From NCBI GenBank assembly GCA_044233365.1, contig JBIIKE010000002.1, forward strand, positions 1 to 34,962: a stretch of DNA of 34,962 nt. The letters run 5' to 3'. A program made the position numbers and the translations under genes. This DNA is from Bdellovibrionales bacterium (GTDB lineage Bacteria; Patescibacteriota; Patescibacteriia; UBA9570; XYC2-FULL-38-9). The notes beneath the pieces were generated by a model, which saw nothing but the letters and a program-made list of their open reading frames with translations, was not told the origin of the DNA and searched no databases. Positions 6,362 through 15,614 of the stretch are shown one piece after another (within the stretch, counting starts at the first letter, position 1; each line of letters opens with the position of its first letter).

Positions 6362-9160
6362 ATGGCAACATTTCTTGAATCAATTTTTGGCGACGGCAAT
6401 AAACAGGCAATTAAAAGCTATCGAAAAGACGTTGAAAAAATTAACAGCCTAGAATCAACGATTCAGGCATTATCCGACGACCAACTCCGAGCGAAAACGG
6501 CAGAATTTCAGGAGCGGTTAAAAGATGGCGAAGCGCTCGATAACGTGAAGCACGAAGCTTTTGCAGTTGTTCGTGAAGCAGCGTTTCGAACCCTTGGGCA
6601 ACGGCATTATGATGTCCAGTTGATCGGTGGTTTAGTACTCCATTCTGGAGCAGTCGCTGAAATGCGGACTGGCGAGGGGAAGACCTTAACCGCAACAACA
6701 GCAGCCTATTTAAATGCGCTCACTGGGAACTCAGTGCACTTGGTCACAGTGAATGATTATTTGGCACGACGTGACAGTGACTGGATGGGTCAGGTGTATG
6801 GATTCTTAGGTCTGACAGTTTCTTGTATTCAAGCGAACAATAACGCGTTCATGTATGAGGCGGATATTGAAGCGGTGCGGCGTCAAAATGAAGAACGGCA
6901 AGCAGCGTTATCTGAGGCAGCTGAAGAGAATGGTACTGAAGGTTCTGGTTATGAAGCGTTGATTGTGGCTGATATGGATCATTTGCGCGTGGTGACGCGG
7001 CGTGAAGCCTATAGCGCTGATATTATTTTTGGGACCAACAACGAATTTGGTTTTGATTATTTGCGCGATAACATGGTGTTGAAACCAGAGGATCGTTCGC
7101 AAGGTGAATTAGCATTTGCCATCATTGATGAAGTTGATTCGATTTTAATTGATGAAGCGCGAACTCCGTTGATTATTTCTGCGCCAGCTCAAGACGCGAC
7201 GCAACAATACTATGAATTTAGTCAGCTTGTTGCTGGACTCACACCAGAAGAAGATTTTGTAGTCAACGAAAAAGAACGTGCTGCGACGCTCACAGAAACT
7301 GGTATCACTAAAGTTGAAAAATTATTGGGCGTGGAAAATCTCTATGTCCAAGCCGGCATCAGAACAGTGCATCATATTGAACAGGCCTTAAAGGCCCGCG
7401 CGTTATTTTTGAAAGATAAAGAATATGTCGTGCAAGATGGTCAGGTGATTATTGTTGATGAATTTACAGGCCGGATGATGCATGGCCGGCGCTATTCAGA
7501 AGGCTTGCATCAAGCAATTGAAGCCAAAGAAGGACTTGCAATTCAACAAGAGTCCCAAACGCTCGCGACAATCACGTTGCAAAATTATTTTCGGTTATAT
7601 GGAAAACTGTCCGGTATGACCGGAACAGCTATGACCGAAAAAGAAGAATTTTTCAAAATTTATTCGTTAAATGTGGTGGCGATTCCGACGCATCGCGAAA
7701 ATATTCGTACAGATTTTTCTGATCGGGTGTATAAAGACCAATCTGCGAAATACAAGGCCGTGATTGAACGTGTGAAGGAATTGCATGAGACTGGTCAGCC
7801 AATTTTACTTGGAACAGCAGCAATTGATCAAAATGAATTAATGGATCAGTTGTTAACTAAGGCTGGTATTCCGCATGAGATTTTGAATGCGAAAAACCAT
7901 GAACGAGAAGCTGAGATTATTGCACAAGCTGGAAAATTGGGCGCGGTAACAGTTGCGACGAATATGGCAGGCCGTGGTGTTGATATTATTTTGGGTGGGA
8001 ATCCAGTAAATATTGATGAGCAGCGAAAAGTACGAGAGCTGGGTGGCCTCGCTGTAATTGGAACCGAGCGACATGAAGCACGTCGAATTGACAATCAGCT
8101 ACGTGGTCGCGCTGGTCGCCAAGGTGATCCAGGTTCGTCTCAGTTTTATGTCTCGATGGAAGATGGATTGATGCGCATGTTTGGTTCAGAGCGGATGCAA
8201 AGTTTAATGGACCGAATGGGCGTTCCAGATGATATGCCGATTGAAAATAAAATGGTGACCCGATCCCTGGAGACGGCGCAGAAAAAAGTCGAGTCGCGCA
8301 ATTTTGATATCCGCAAACATTTGGTTGAGTATGATGATGTTGTCAACAAACAACGCACGACAGTCTATCGCCGCCGCAATGAATTGCTTGATGCAGAAAG
8401 TCCAGCAGTGATTGAATTGGTGCGCGAGATTTTAAAAAGTGAGATGGAATATATTGTCTCGATGCACACGAACCGTGAAGACGTCGATGCCAGTGGATGG
8501 GATTTTGCAGCACTTGCAAAAGAAGCGAGTGGTGTATTACACATACCTGAAGATGTCGTGAAGTCGACTCTCGAAAAAATTGTTGCAGACTCAGGTGATA
8601 AGTTGGGTGAAGCCCAAACACGGACAACGTTGATTGAGCATTTAGAAGCGATGGCGAATGACGCGCTATCAAAAGCGGCGGAAGCTGTTGACTCAATAGT
8701 GCTTGGAAATGCGCTTCGTCAAATGTATTTACGGGTGATTGATGTGTTGTGGATTCAGCATCTCGACGAAATTGAATTCTTGCGTGATTCGATTAACCTT
8801 CGTGGGTATGGTCAGCGCGATCCGCTTGTGGAATATAAACGTGAATCATTTGAGTTGTTTGAAAATTTATTAGCCAGTATTCAAAAGCAAGTTGTTGCAC
8901 AATGTTTTCCAGTTGCGGCACAAGCTCAACATTTTGTTGATGCGCATGTGCATGAAGAAACCGAACTTCCAGCCAACGCTCAATACTCCGCACCAGATAA
9001 AGAAATGCAATCGAGCAGTGATGTTGCAGCAGAAGCGCCAAAAGGGAAGACTGTCGTGTCACATGAGCCAACCAATGACGAAGGTGAGAAAATTGGGCGC
9101 AATGATCCGTGTTATTGTGGATCAGGCAAGAAATATAAAAAGTGTCACGGCGCCGCGTAA
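6362..9160 (+). CDS. secA: Preprotein translocase ATPase SecA
   Basis: It has the Walker A MRTGEGKTLT, the DEAD-like IIDEVDSILIDEARTPLIIS, TNMAGRGVDI, and the C-terminal zinc finger CYCGSGKKYKKCHG. Length is 932 aa. Confidence 0.97.
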   Translation: MATFLESIFGDGNKQAIKSYRKDVEKINSLESTIQALSDDQLRAKTAEFQERLKDGEALDNVKHEAFAVVREAAFRTLGQRHYDVQLIGGLVLHSGAVAEMRTGEGKTLTATTAAYLNALTGNSVHLVTVNDYLARRDSDWMGQVYGFLGLTVSCIQANNNAFMYEADIEAVRRQNEERQAALSEAAEENGTEGSGYEALIVADMDHLRVVTRREAYSADIIFGTNNEFGFDYLRDNMVLKPEDRSQGELAFAIIDEVDSILIDEARTPLIISAPAQDATQQYYEFSQLVAGLTPEEDFVVNEKERAATLTETGITKVEKLLGVENLYVQAGIRTVHHIEQALKARALFLKDKEYVVQDGQVIIVDEFTGRMMHGRRYSEGLHQAIEAKEGLAIQQESQTLATITLQNYFRLYGKLSGMTGTAMTEKEEFFKIYSLNVVAIPTHRENIRTDFSDRVYKDQSAKYKAVIERVKELHETGQPILLGTAAIDQNELMDQLLTKAGIPHEILNAKNHEREAEIIAQAGKLGAVTVATNMAGRGVDIILGGNPVNIDEQRKVRELGGLAVIGTERHEARRIDNQLRGRAGRQGDPGSSQFYVSMEDGLMRMFGSERMQSLMDRMGVPDDMPIENKMVTRSLETAQKKVESRNFDIRKHLVEYDDVVNKQRTTVYRRRNELLDAESPAVIELVREILKSEMEYIVSMHTNREDVDASGWDFAALAKEASGVLHIPEDVVKSTLEKIVADSGDKLGEAQTRTTLIEHLEAMANDALSKAAEAVDSIVLGNALRQMYLRVIDVLWIQHLDEIEFLRDSINLRGYGQRDPLVEYKRESFELFENLLASIQKQVVAQCFPVAAQAQHFVDAHVHEETELPANAQYSAPDKEMQSSSDVAAEAPKGKTVVSHEPTNDEGEKIGRNDPCYCGSGKKYKKCHGAA

Positions 9161-9172
9161 TCGCATTGAGTG

Positions 9173-10114
9173 TTACGCGAGAAAAATTCGTTGAGTCGTT
9201 ATTTTTATAAACCCGTCTTTTTCGAGTGCAGTGATCACAGTTTTTAGCCAGGGAAGGCGAGTCGAATCAAAATCCGGTTGAATGGCTTTTCCAATTTGAT
9301 TGAGCGTTGCGCCATTTGGTGTTGTGTGGAGAAATTTCAATATTTTGCCACGCCAAATGCGACGCGGCTGTCCAAAATACTGCTTCTCTTTGACGACGGT
9401 TTTATATTTCAACAATTCTTTCGGCGCAGTTTGAATCTCTGGAAATGATGTGCAGATCTTTTGCATTGGGCAGCTGTCACATTTTGGTTGACTGGCAGTG
9501 CACACCAGCGCACCAAACTCCATAATCGCCTGATTAAAAATCCAGATCCGATCTTTGCGCGGCAACAATGCTGTCATTAAATCCCAAAATTCTTTTTGGG
9601 TTGTTTCAGGCAATTCACGAAACCCTAAAAAAATCCGACCAATGACGCGCTCAACATTTGTATCGACCAGTGGCGTCTTCAGCTCAAAGGCAAAACTTGC
9701 AATCGCGCCAGCAGTGTATGGCCCGATTCCTGGAAGTTTCTGCAGACCTTCAATTGTTTGGGGAAATTTGCCGCCCAACTCATGTGTCACCACCTGACAC
9801 GCTTTTTGTAGATACAGTGCGCGGCGGTTATATCCAAGTCCTTGCCACAGCGCAACCACATCGGCTTGTTTTGCTGTCGCCAAATCAGCAGCTGTCGGAA
9901 ACCGTTTCAAAAATGCATGATATTTTGGAATGACTCGATCCACTTGCGTTTGCTGCAGCATCATTTCTGAAACGAGAATTGCGTACGGATCACGCGTTTG
10001 TCGCCACGGCAAATCTCGTGAGGCTTGCTTGAACCAGCTGATCAGTTGTTTTTGAAAAAATTGACGATCTCTGGAAGAGGGTGACTTCATAAGGATTGAG
10101 AATAGTGCTATCAT
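9173..10114 (-). CDS. mutY: MutY-family A/G-specific adenine DNA glycosylase with an atypical C-terminal domain
   Basis: It has LPWRQTRDPYAILVSEMMLQQTQV, the HhH-GPD segment LPGIGPYTAGAI, the catalytic VDTNVERV, and a 4Fe-4S loop C-x6-C-x2-C-x5-C (CTASQPKCDSCPMQKIC). The start could instead be the second ATG at 10090. Confidence 0.85.
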   Translation of the reverse strand: MIALFSILMKSPSSRDRQFFQKQLISWFKQASRDLPWRQTRDPYAILVSEMMLQQTQVDRVIPKYHAFLKRFPTAADLATAKQADVVALWQGLGYNRRALYLQKACQVVTHELGGKFPQTIEGLQKLPGIGPYTAGAIASFAFELKTPLVDTNVERVIGRIFLGFRELPETTQKEFWDLMTALLPRKDRIWIFNQAIMEFGALVCTASQPKCDSCPMQKICTSFPEIQTAPKELLKYKTVVKEKQYFGQPRRIWRGKILKFLHTTPNGATLNQIGKAIQPDFDSTRLPWLKTVITALEKDGFIKITTQRIFLA

Positions 10115-10144
10115 ACAGACAATAGAATAAATAACAAATACCCT

Positions 10145-11110
10145 ATGTCATCAATTCCAATGCAACGTAAAAAACGCTGGTATAAACGACCAAGCGTCAT
10201 CATGCTCGTACTTTTACTTATTTTTGCTTTTGGTGGAGGCGGCTTATACGCTTCTGGCGCATTCAAGCCATCTCTCACGCAATACGACTACCTCAAAGAA
10301 ACAGTGAAAGTTGAAAAACGAACCGTGAGTAAAACTATTACAACCAGCGGTACAATTGTTCCAGATTATTCTGAAAAAATTCTCGCAACCGGAACAGTAG
10401 AAGATCTTCCAGTGAGTGTTGGCGACGATGTGAACACAGACGACACATTGCTCGAAACAAATGCACAAACAGTGAAGGCGCCGTTTGATGGTCGTGTGAC
10501 TGCGATTAATACAGCAGAAGGTGCAACAGTCTCAGCGGTCGCTCCAGCGATGGAATTTTCCTATCGCTCGAACCACATTGAGTTTTTTGCCTCAGAAAAT
10601 GAAGTGATTGATTTGAAAAAAGATCAAAAAGTCACATTCACCATTCCGTCGTACAATAACGGGAAGGATGAATTTGAAGGCGTAGTATCATTTGTTGATA
10701 TCAAAAAACAAGAAGCGGCAGCAGCAAGTGTCGGTGGTTCAGCAGAAACAGGATATTTGGTGAAAGTATCAATGAATGAATTACCAGAAGCGTTGCGAAA
10801 AGTATTTGGACTGACCGTTGATATGACAATTAAAGTTGGCAGTATTGATAATGTTGCGGCAGTGGAAGCTGGTGCGATTCAATACACAGAAGACAATAAA
10901 GCGTTTGTGTATCTTCCACCGACAATTGATGATGCATTTGCAGCATCAGCGACAGCCGCATCAGACATCACAACTCTGTTGAAAAAACAAACAGTGACTG
11001 TTGGTTTCCGTGGAGATAGTTATGTCGAAATTACTGATGGATTAGATATCGGCGACAGTGCGTTGTTGTATGTTCCGCAAGTAAAAAGTAGTTCACCATT
11101 CGGTAACTAG
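10145..11110 (+). CDS. HlyD/MacA-family efflux periplasmic adaptor (membrane fusion protein) lacking the alpha-hairpin
   Basis: It has an N-terminal TM anchor. The split lipoyl halves GTVEDLPVSVGDDVNTDDTLLE and VKAPFDGRVTAINTAEGATV are separated by only about 5 residues. It lies upstream of a MacB-type ATPase and permease. Confidence 0.75.
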   Translation: MSSIPMQRKKRWYKRPSVIMLVLLLIFAFGGGGLYASGAFKPSLTQYDYLKETVKVEKRTVSKTITTSGTIVPDYSEKILATGTVEDLPVSVGDDVNTDDTLLETNAQTVKAPFDGRVTAINTAEGATVSAVAPAMEFSYRSNHIEFFASENEVIDLKKDQKVTFTIPSYNNGKDEFEGVVSFVDIKKQEAAAASVGGSAETGYLVKVSMNELPEALRKVFGLTVDMTIKVGSIDNVAAVEAGAIQYTEDNKAFVYLPPTIDDAFAASATAASDITTLLKKQTVTVGFRGDSYVEITDGLDIGDSALLYVPQVKSSSPFGN

Positions 11111-11116
11111 ACGACC

Positions 11117-11842
11117 ATGGCAAAAAAAACAATGCATCGCGGAAAAGCGCACAAAGAGCGCGTTTCTGAAGCCTCAGTGCCAATTATTGAGGTGCGAAAT
11201 TTAAAAAAAACCTATTGGAATGGGGACGTGGAAATTCCTGCTGTTCGCAGTGTTGATTTAACAGTAGAAAAAGGAGATTTTCTTGCAATCATGGGGCATT
11301 CTGGTTCTGGAAAATCCACGCTCATGAATCTTCTTGCGTTTTTAGATGTTCCAACATCCGGGACATATGAATTCGGTGGGGAGAGTATTGAAAATTTTGA
11401 TGAGGATTATTTAGCTGATTTGCGAAATGCAACGATTGGATTTGTTTTTCAACAATTTCATTTATTGCCTCGAACCTCTGCGCTCGACAATGTCCGTTTA
11501 CCATTGCAATACGCCGGCGTGTCAAAGCAAGAGCAAATTGAGCGGGCAGTCGAAGCTCTGAAAGTTGTGGGTCTAGCGGATCGAATGGATCACAAGCCGA
11601 ATGAATTGTCTGGTGGACAACAACAGCGTGTGTCTATTGCGCGCGCGTTGGTGAATAATCCGATGCTCATTTTTTGTGACGAACCAACGGGCAACTTAGA
11701 TTCAACAACATCGCATGAGATTATGGAAATGCTGACAGCGCTGCATGAAGAAGGTAAGACGATTATTATGGTGACACATGAAGACGATGTTGCGGCATAC
11801 GCGCAAAAAATAATTCGCATGAAAGATGGGGTAATGGTATGA
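11117..11842 (+). CDS. ABC transporter ATP-binding protein (MacB/LolD-like)
   Basis: It has the Walker A GHSGSGKSTLMN, the signature LSGGQQQRVSIARAL, the Walker B LIFCDEPTGNLD and the H-loop VTHE. Confidence 0.9.
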   Translation: MAKKTMHRGKAHKERVSEASVPIIEVRNLKKTYWNGDVEIPAVRSVDLTVEKGDFLAIMGHSGSGKSTLMNLLAFLDVPTSGTYEFGGESIENFDEDYLADLRNATIGFVFQQFHLLPRTSALDNVRLPLQYAGVSKQEQIERAVEALKVVGLADRMDHKPNELSGGQQQRVSIARALVNNPMLIFCDEPTGNLDSTTSHEIMEMLTALHEEGKTIIMVTHEDDVAAYAQKIIRMKDGVMV

Positions 11843-13089
11843 CAATGATTTTCGTATACATTCAAACAGCGCTCAAGCAGCTGCTCAAAAACAAAGGTCG
11901 TTCTGTGTTGACCATGCTTGGTATTATTATCGGTATCGGTTCAGTCATTTTTATTTTGACGATCGGACAAGCCGCGAAAGGATTTTTGCTCGGACAAATT
12001 ACAAAGTTTGGCACCAACGTGATTGAAGTTGCGCCTTCAGGTAGCTTCGGTCCATTTGGTGGTTCAGATGATGCGGTCTTGACCGATGATGACGTTAAAG
12101 CCGTAGAGACATCAAGTCTTCTGCCAGAAATTACAGGTATTTCCGCTGGCGACTCGAGTGTAAGTCGTGAGCTCACGTATCAAAATGAATCCGCGCAAGT
12201 CTCTATTTTTGCGGATCGCCCAGAAGTTTTCTCGGTTAATAATTATAAAAATGTCGCTGGTCGATTTTTTAACACATCTGACATGCAAAATAACGCGCGT
12301 GTTGTTGTGGTTGGCGAAGGGCTTGCAGAAGAGTTATTTGACTCAGTCCAAAATGCTGTTGGAAAAGAAGTGAAAATTGGTGATGCGTTATTTACGGTTA
12401 TTGGTGTTTCAGAAGACGCGGCTCTCGGGCCCGGCAGCTTTGGCACAGAAGTAGTGTACGCACCTCTGACAACAATCCGTCAGCTATTCGTTGAGCAGGA
12501 TAAACAAAAAGAAGTCACTTTCATGTTGGTGCAATTTGAACAGGGAACAAACGTTGAATCATTTAAAAATCGACTCAACTACGTTATCACAGAAAACCAT
12601 GCCTATTTCAAAGAAAATCCAGATCAATTAACAGTTGTGTCGCGTGAGCAGGCCCTCGGTATTTTCACAACCATTCTCGTCGGTATTCAAGCCTTTATTT
12701 CTGCAGTTGCTGCTATTTCTTTGATGGTTGGTGGTATTGGAATTATGAATATCATGCTGGTGACAGTCAAAGAGCGCACGAAAGAAATTGGGTTGCGTAA
12801 AGCCATTGGCGCGAAAAATGCTTCAATCCTCATTCAGTTTTTGGTGGAAAGTGTTGTGCTAACAACGATTGGCGGATTGATTGGTGTGGCACTTGGATTG
12901 TCATTGTCTGGCCTTGCAGTCCTTGCGGCAAATATTTTGCAGCCAGATTGGGGAGTGCAGTTTGTTGTTGTGCCAAGCGCGATTCTCTTGGCGTGTGGGA
13001 CAGCGGCGATTGTTGGGTTGATTTTTGGAATTTATCCAGCATATAAAGCATCAAAATTGCATCCAATTGAAGCACTTCGATATGAATAA
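11839..13089 (+). CDS. ABC transporter permease, MacB-type (periplasmic core domain plus FtsX domain)
   Basis: Its start overlaps the ATPase stop in an ATGA overlap. It has an N-terminal TM, a large extracytoplasmic domain, and a C-terminal FtsX-like 3-TM bundle with KERTKEIGLRKAIGA. Confidence 0.85.
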   Translation: MTMIFVYIQTALKQLLKNKGRSVLTMLGIIIGIGSVIFILTIGQAAKGFLLGQITKFGTNVIEVAPSGSFGPFGGSDDAVLTDDDVKAVETSSLLPEITGISAGDSSVSRELTYQNESAQVSIFADRPEVFSVNNYKNVAGRFFNTSDMQNNARVVVVGEGLAEELFDSVQNAVGKEVKIGDALFTVIGVSEDAALGPGSFGTEVVYAPLTTIRQLFVEQDKQKEVTFMLVQFEQGTNVESFKNRLNYVITENHAYFKENPDQLTVVSREQALGIFTTILVGIQAFISAVAAISLMVGGIGIMNIMLVTVKERTKEIGLRKAIGAKNASILIQFLVESVVLTTIGGLIGVALGLSLSGLAVLAANILQPDWGVQFVVVPSAILLACGTAAIVGLIFGIYPAYKASKLHPIEALRYE

Positions 13090-14083
13090 TAGACCGCATT
13101 CAAGAATGGCTTTCGTTCAGTTCTTTTCAACGACCGCGCTGCGCTGGACGGCAAGTCTGCCGTCGTCACGCAGCAAACGTCGCTTCAAAGACTCAACTCC
13201 ACCATTCTATGGTCTTGTAGCAGTGTTATTCATTGCTTTGTTGCTTTTTCCAACAAGCGCATTTGCAAAAACAGATGATGTTACGAAGCCAATAAAGAAA
13301 GCTAGGTATTCCGATTTTGCAGAGGTGTTGTATTCGCCAAGCGCGACAGTGCAAGATGTTCCAAGCGGAAAATTTTTGTATCGCCGTAATCCAAATACCC
13401 AGCGCCCAATTGCATCGATTTCAAAGGTGATGACAGCGCTCGTTTTTTTAGAGTCAAAACCGAAGATGAGTGATCGCGTGTTGTATCAACAGGTGAGTGA
13501 TCGAATTGGGGCGACAGTCCCGGTGCGTAGTGGTGAGTCGCTGACAAAAAAACAGGTGCTAATGGGAACACTCATGCCATCAGCAAATAATATGGCAGTA
13601 ACACTTTCTAAAAGCACGAAGATGTCGGAGAAAAAGTTTATTGCAGAAATGAATGAACGCGCACAAGAAATTGGCCTGACAAAAACACAGTTTGTAGAAC
13701 CAACGGGCTTGAGCACACGGAACGTTTCAACAGCGGATAATGTGTCGAAGCTCGCGCGTTATGCCTTTGCAAAATATCCAAAACGCTTTCAGGAAGCAGC
13801 TCATTCACAAGTGTATTCATACACTATTGCGAACTCTGGGCGGCGAATGAATTTGTATTCAACAAATAAATTTGATGGTCACGGAACGTTAGAGCTCGTC
13901 GCTTTTAAAACTGGATACTTACCAGGAACCGCCAATCGAACCTTGGTCGCGCAAATAAAACAAAAATCAACCGGCAATGAAGTTATTGTCACACTGCTCG
14001 GTAATGCATATTACGGCACGATTTTTGATGAAGCCGAGCGCCTCGCGAATTGGTCGTTTGCGAATTATAATTTTCCGGAATAA
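13082..14083 (+). CDS. D-alanyl-D-alanine carboxypeptidase (peptidase S11, PBP5-like)
   Basis: It has the SxxK motif ASISKVMT, the SxN motif PSANN, the KTG motif FKTGYL, and a signal/anchor segment LVAVLFIALLLFPTSAFA. ATG 13082 overlaps the permease stop. ATG 13106 is an alternative start. Confidence 0.85.
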   Translation: MNNRPHSRMAFVQFFSTTALRWTASLPSSRSKRRFKDSTPPFYGLVAVLFIALLLFPTSAFAKTDDVTKPIKKARYSDFAEVLYSPSATVQDVPSGKFLYRRNPNTQRPIASISKVMTALVFLESKPKMSDRVLYQQVSDRIGATVPVRSGESLTKKQVLMGTLMPSANNMAVTLSKSTKMSEKKFIAEMNERAQEIGLTKTQFVEPTGLSTRNVSTADNVSKLARYAFAKYPKRFQEAAHSQVYSYTIANSGRRMNLYSTNKFDGHGTLELVAFKTGYLPGTANRTLVAQIKQKSTGNEVIVTLLGNAYYGTIFDEAERLANWSFANYNFPE

Positions 14084-14146
14084 TCAATGACAGTGCTTTA
14101 CAGGCAGTCTCTCTCAAAACCCGACGCTCGCGGAGCTCGCTTACGG

Positions 14147-14174
14147 GAAGATCTGCGATCTTCTTATTGTTTTG
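14147..14174 (+). terminator. Rho-independent terminator candidate after the DD-carboxypeptidase gene
   Basis: A perfect 7-bp stem GAAGATC-tgc-GATCTTC is followed by TTATTGTTTT. Confidence 0.5.
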
Positions 14175-14210
14175 AATAGAGACTATCCTGTTCGCACCTA
14201 CCTCTAAATT

Positions 14211-14663
14211 ATGAAACAAGTTATTGTTCTGTTGCCAAATATTCATTCAACGCATAATGTTGGGTCGTTTTTTCGGACTGCTGATGGAGCGGGTGTTAGC
14301 AAAATCGTATTATCAGGCTTTACCGCGCGACCAGATCAAAATGAAAAAATTGGAAAAGTCGCACTGGGAGCAGAGCAAACAGTTGATTGGGAGTATATTG
14401 AATCACCACTGGATGCGATTGAAAAATATCGCGCTGAGGGGTTTCAGATTATTGCGGTTGAACAAACCGCAGAGAGTGCTGATTATCGGGAAGCAAAATA
14501 CGCAGAAAAAGTTCTATTGATTTTTGGAAACGAACGCACGGGTGTGCCAAAAGAAGAATCAGAAGCAGCTGATTTTGCGGTTCATATTCCGATGCACGGG
14601 CAAAAAGAATCACTCAATGTCTCAATTGCGGGCGGCGTGATGTTATATCACGTGTGTGATTAG
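14211..14663 (+). CDS. SpoU/TrmH-family RNA 2-prime-O-methyltransferase
   Basis: It is 150 aa with the SPOUT motifs HNVGSFFRTADGAG, LIFGNERTGV and HIPMHGQKESLNVSIAGGVMLY. Confidence 0.8.
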   Translation: MKQVIVLLPNIHSTHNVGSFFRTADGAGVSKIVLSGFTARPDQNEKIGKVALGAEQTVDWEYIESPLDAIEKYRAEGFQIIAVEQTAESADYREAKYAEKVLLIFGNERTGVPKEESEAADFAVHIPMHGQKESLNVSIAGGVMLYHVCD

Positions 14664-14671
14664 AAGAAGTT

Positions 14672-14680
14672 TGCTATACT
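14672..14680 (+). promoter_or_regulatory. Extended -10 element (TGcTATACT) positioned for a leaderless transcript
   Basis: TGCTATACT is followed by exactly 6 nt (ttttgt) and then ATG 14687. Confidence 0.4.
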
Positions 14681-14686
14681 TTTTGT

Positions 14687-15613
14687 ATGAATTGGCTCGC
14701 TGCAGTGATTATTGGACATTTGCTGAATGCGCTCGGGTTTGTGCTCAACAAAGCCGCGCTGACAGTGTCGATTAAAAATCCGAAGACGTTTACGTTTTAT
14801 ATCGGATTTCTAGGTGCCGTCTCGGCAGTGTTTTTGTTTTTAGCGCCCGGCTTTCCACAAGTAGGGATTATTTCAGAATTGCTGATTGGCGGCGTTTTTT
14901 TCATGCTCGCGCTCTATTGTTTTTTAGTCGCGCTGTCTGGGTCTGATACTTCTCGTGTCGCACCGTTTATTGGCGCACTGGTCCCAATTTTCACATTCGT
15001 CTTTGAATATTTTTGGATTGGAAATTCGTTATCGCGTGAATTACTTATCGCATTCGTCGTGCTCATCATCGGAACGATTATCGTCACTATCGACATTGAT
15101 GCAGAAAAAAATCGCAAAGGAACATCAGTCAACTCGAAAGTGAATACACAGGCATGGATATACGGAACCATTGCAGCAGCCTCGTTTGGCCTATCATTTG
15201 TCGCCAGCAAATTAGCATATGACGCGCTGCCGTTTTGGAACGCATTTGCCTGGATGCGCATTATTTCTTTTGTCGCCGTTCTCGCATTTTTACTATTTCC
15301 TGGGATTGCGAAAGATGTCTGGAATTCTCGAAAAATATTCACTTCAAAAGCCGGCGGAATTTATCTTGGCTCGCAAGCCGTTGGTGCCGTCTCATTTATC
15401 TTTATTAACTACGCGATTTCAAAAGCGTCAGTGTCATTGGTGAATGCGATGCAAGGAATTCAATATGCGCTTCTGATCGTGCTTGTGCTCGTCGGTCATG
15501 TTGTCGCTCCAAAATTGGTGCAAGAAGCGATGAGTAAAAAATCACTTGCCCTCAGAAGTGTCGGAGTTGTCGTGATTTGTGTTGGTATCGCACTGGTGTC
15601 GCTCAATCAATAA
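14687..15613 (+). CDS. EamA/DMT-superfamily-like integral membrane transporter
   Basis: It is 308 aa with about 10 predicted hydrophobic helices arranged as two similar halves. There are no catalytic motifs. The family call rests on topology and length only. Confidence 0.55.
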   Translation: MNWLAAVIIGHLLNALGFVLNKAALTVSIKNPKTFTFYIGFLGAVSAVFLFLAPGFPQVGIISELLIGGVFFMLALYCFLVALSGSDTSRVAPFIGALVPIFTFVFEYFWIGNSLSRELLIAFVVLIIGTIIVTIDIDAEKNRKGTSVNSKVNTQAWIYGTIAAASFGLSFVASKLAYDALPFWNAFAWMRIISFVAVLAFLLFPGIAKDVWNSRKIFTSKAGGIYLGSQAVGAVSFIFINYAISKASVSLVNAMQGIQYALLIVLVLVGHVVAPKLVQEAMSKKSLALRSVGVVVICVGIALVSLNQ

Positions 15614-15614
15614 T

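Noticed and set aside
9161-9172. A possible bidirectional terminator between the convergent secA and mutY genes.
   Set aside because: Only 12 nt separate the two stop codons and I could draw no stem-loop. Termination signals, if any, must lie inside the coding regions.
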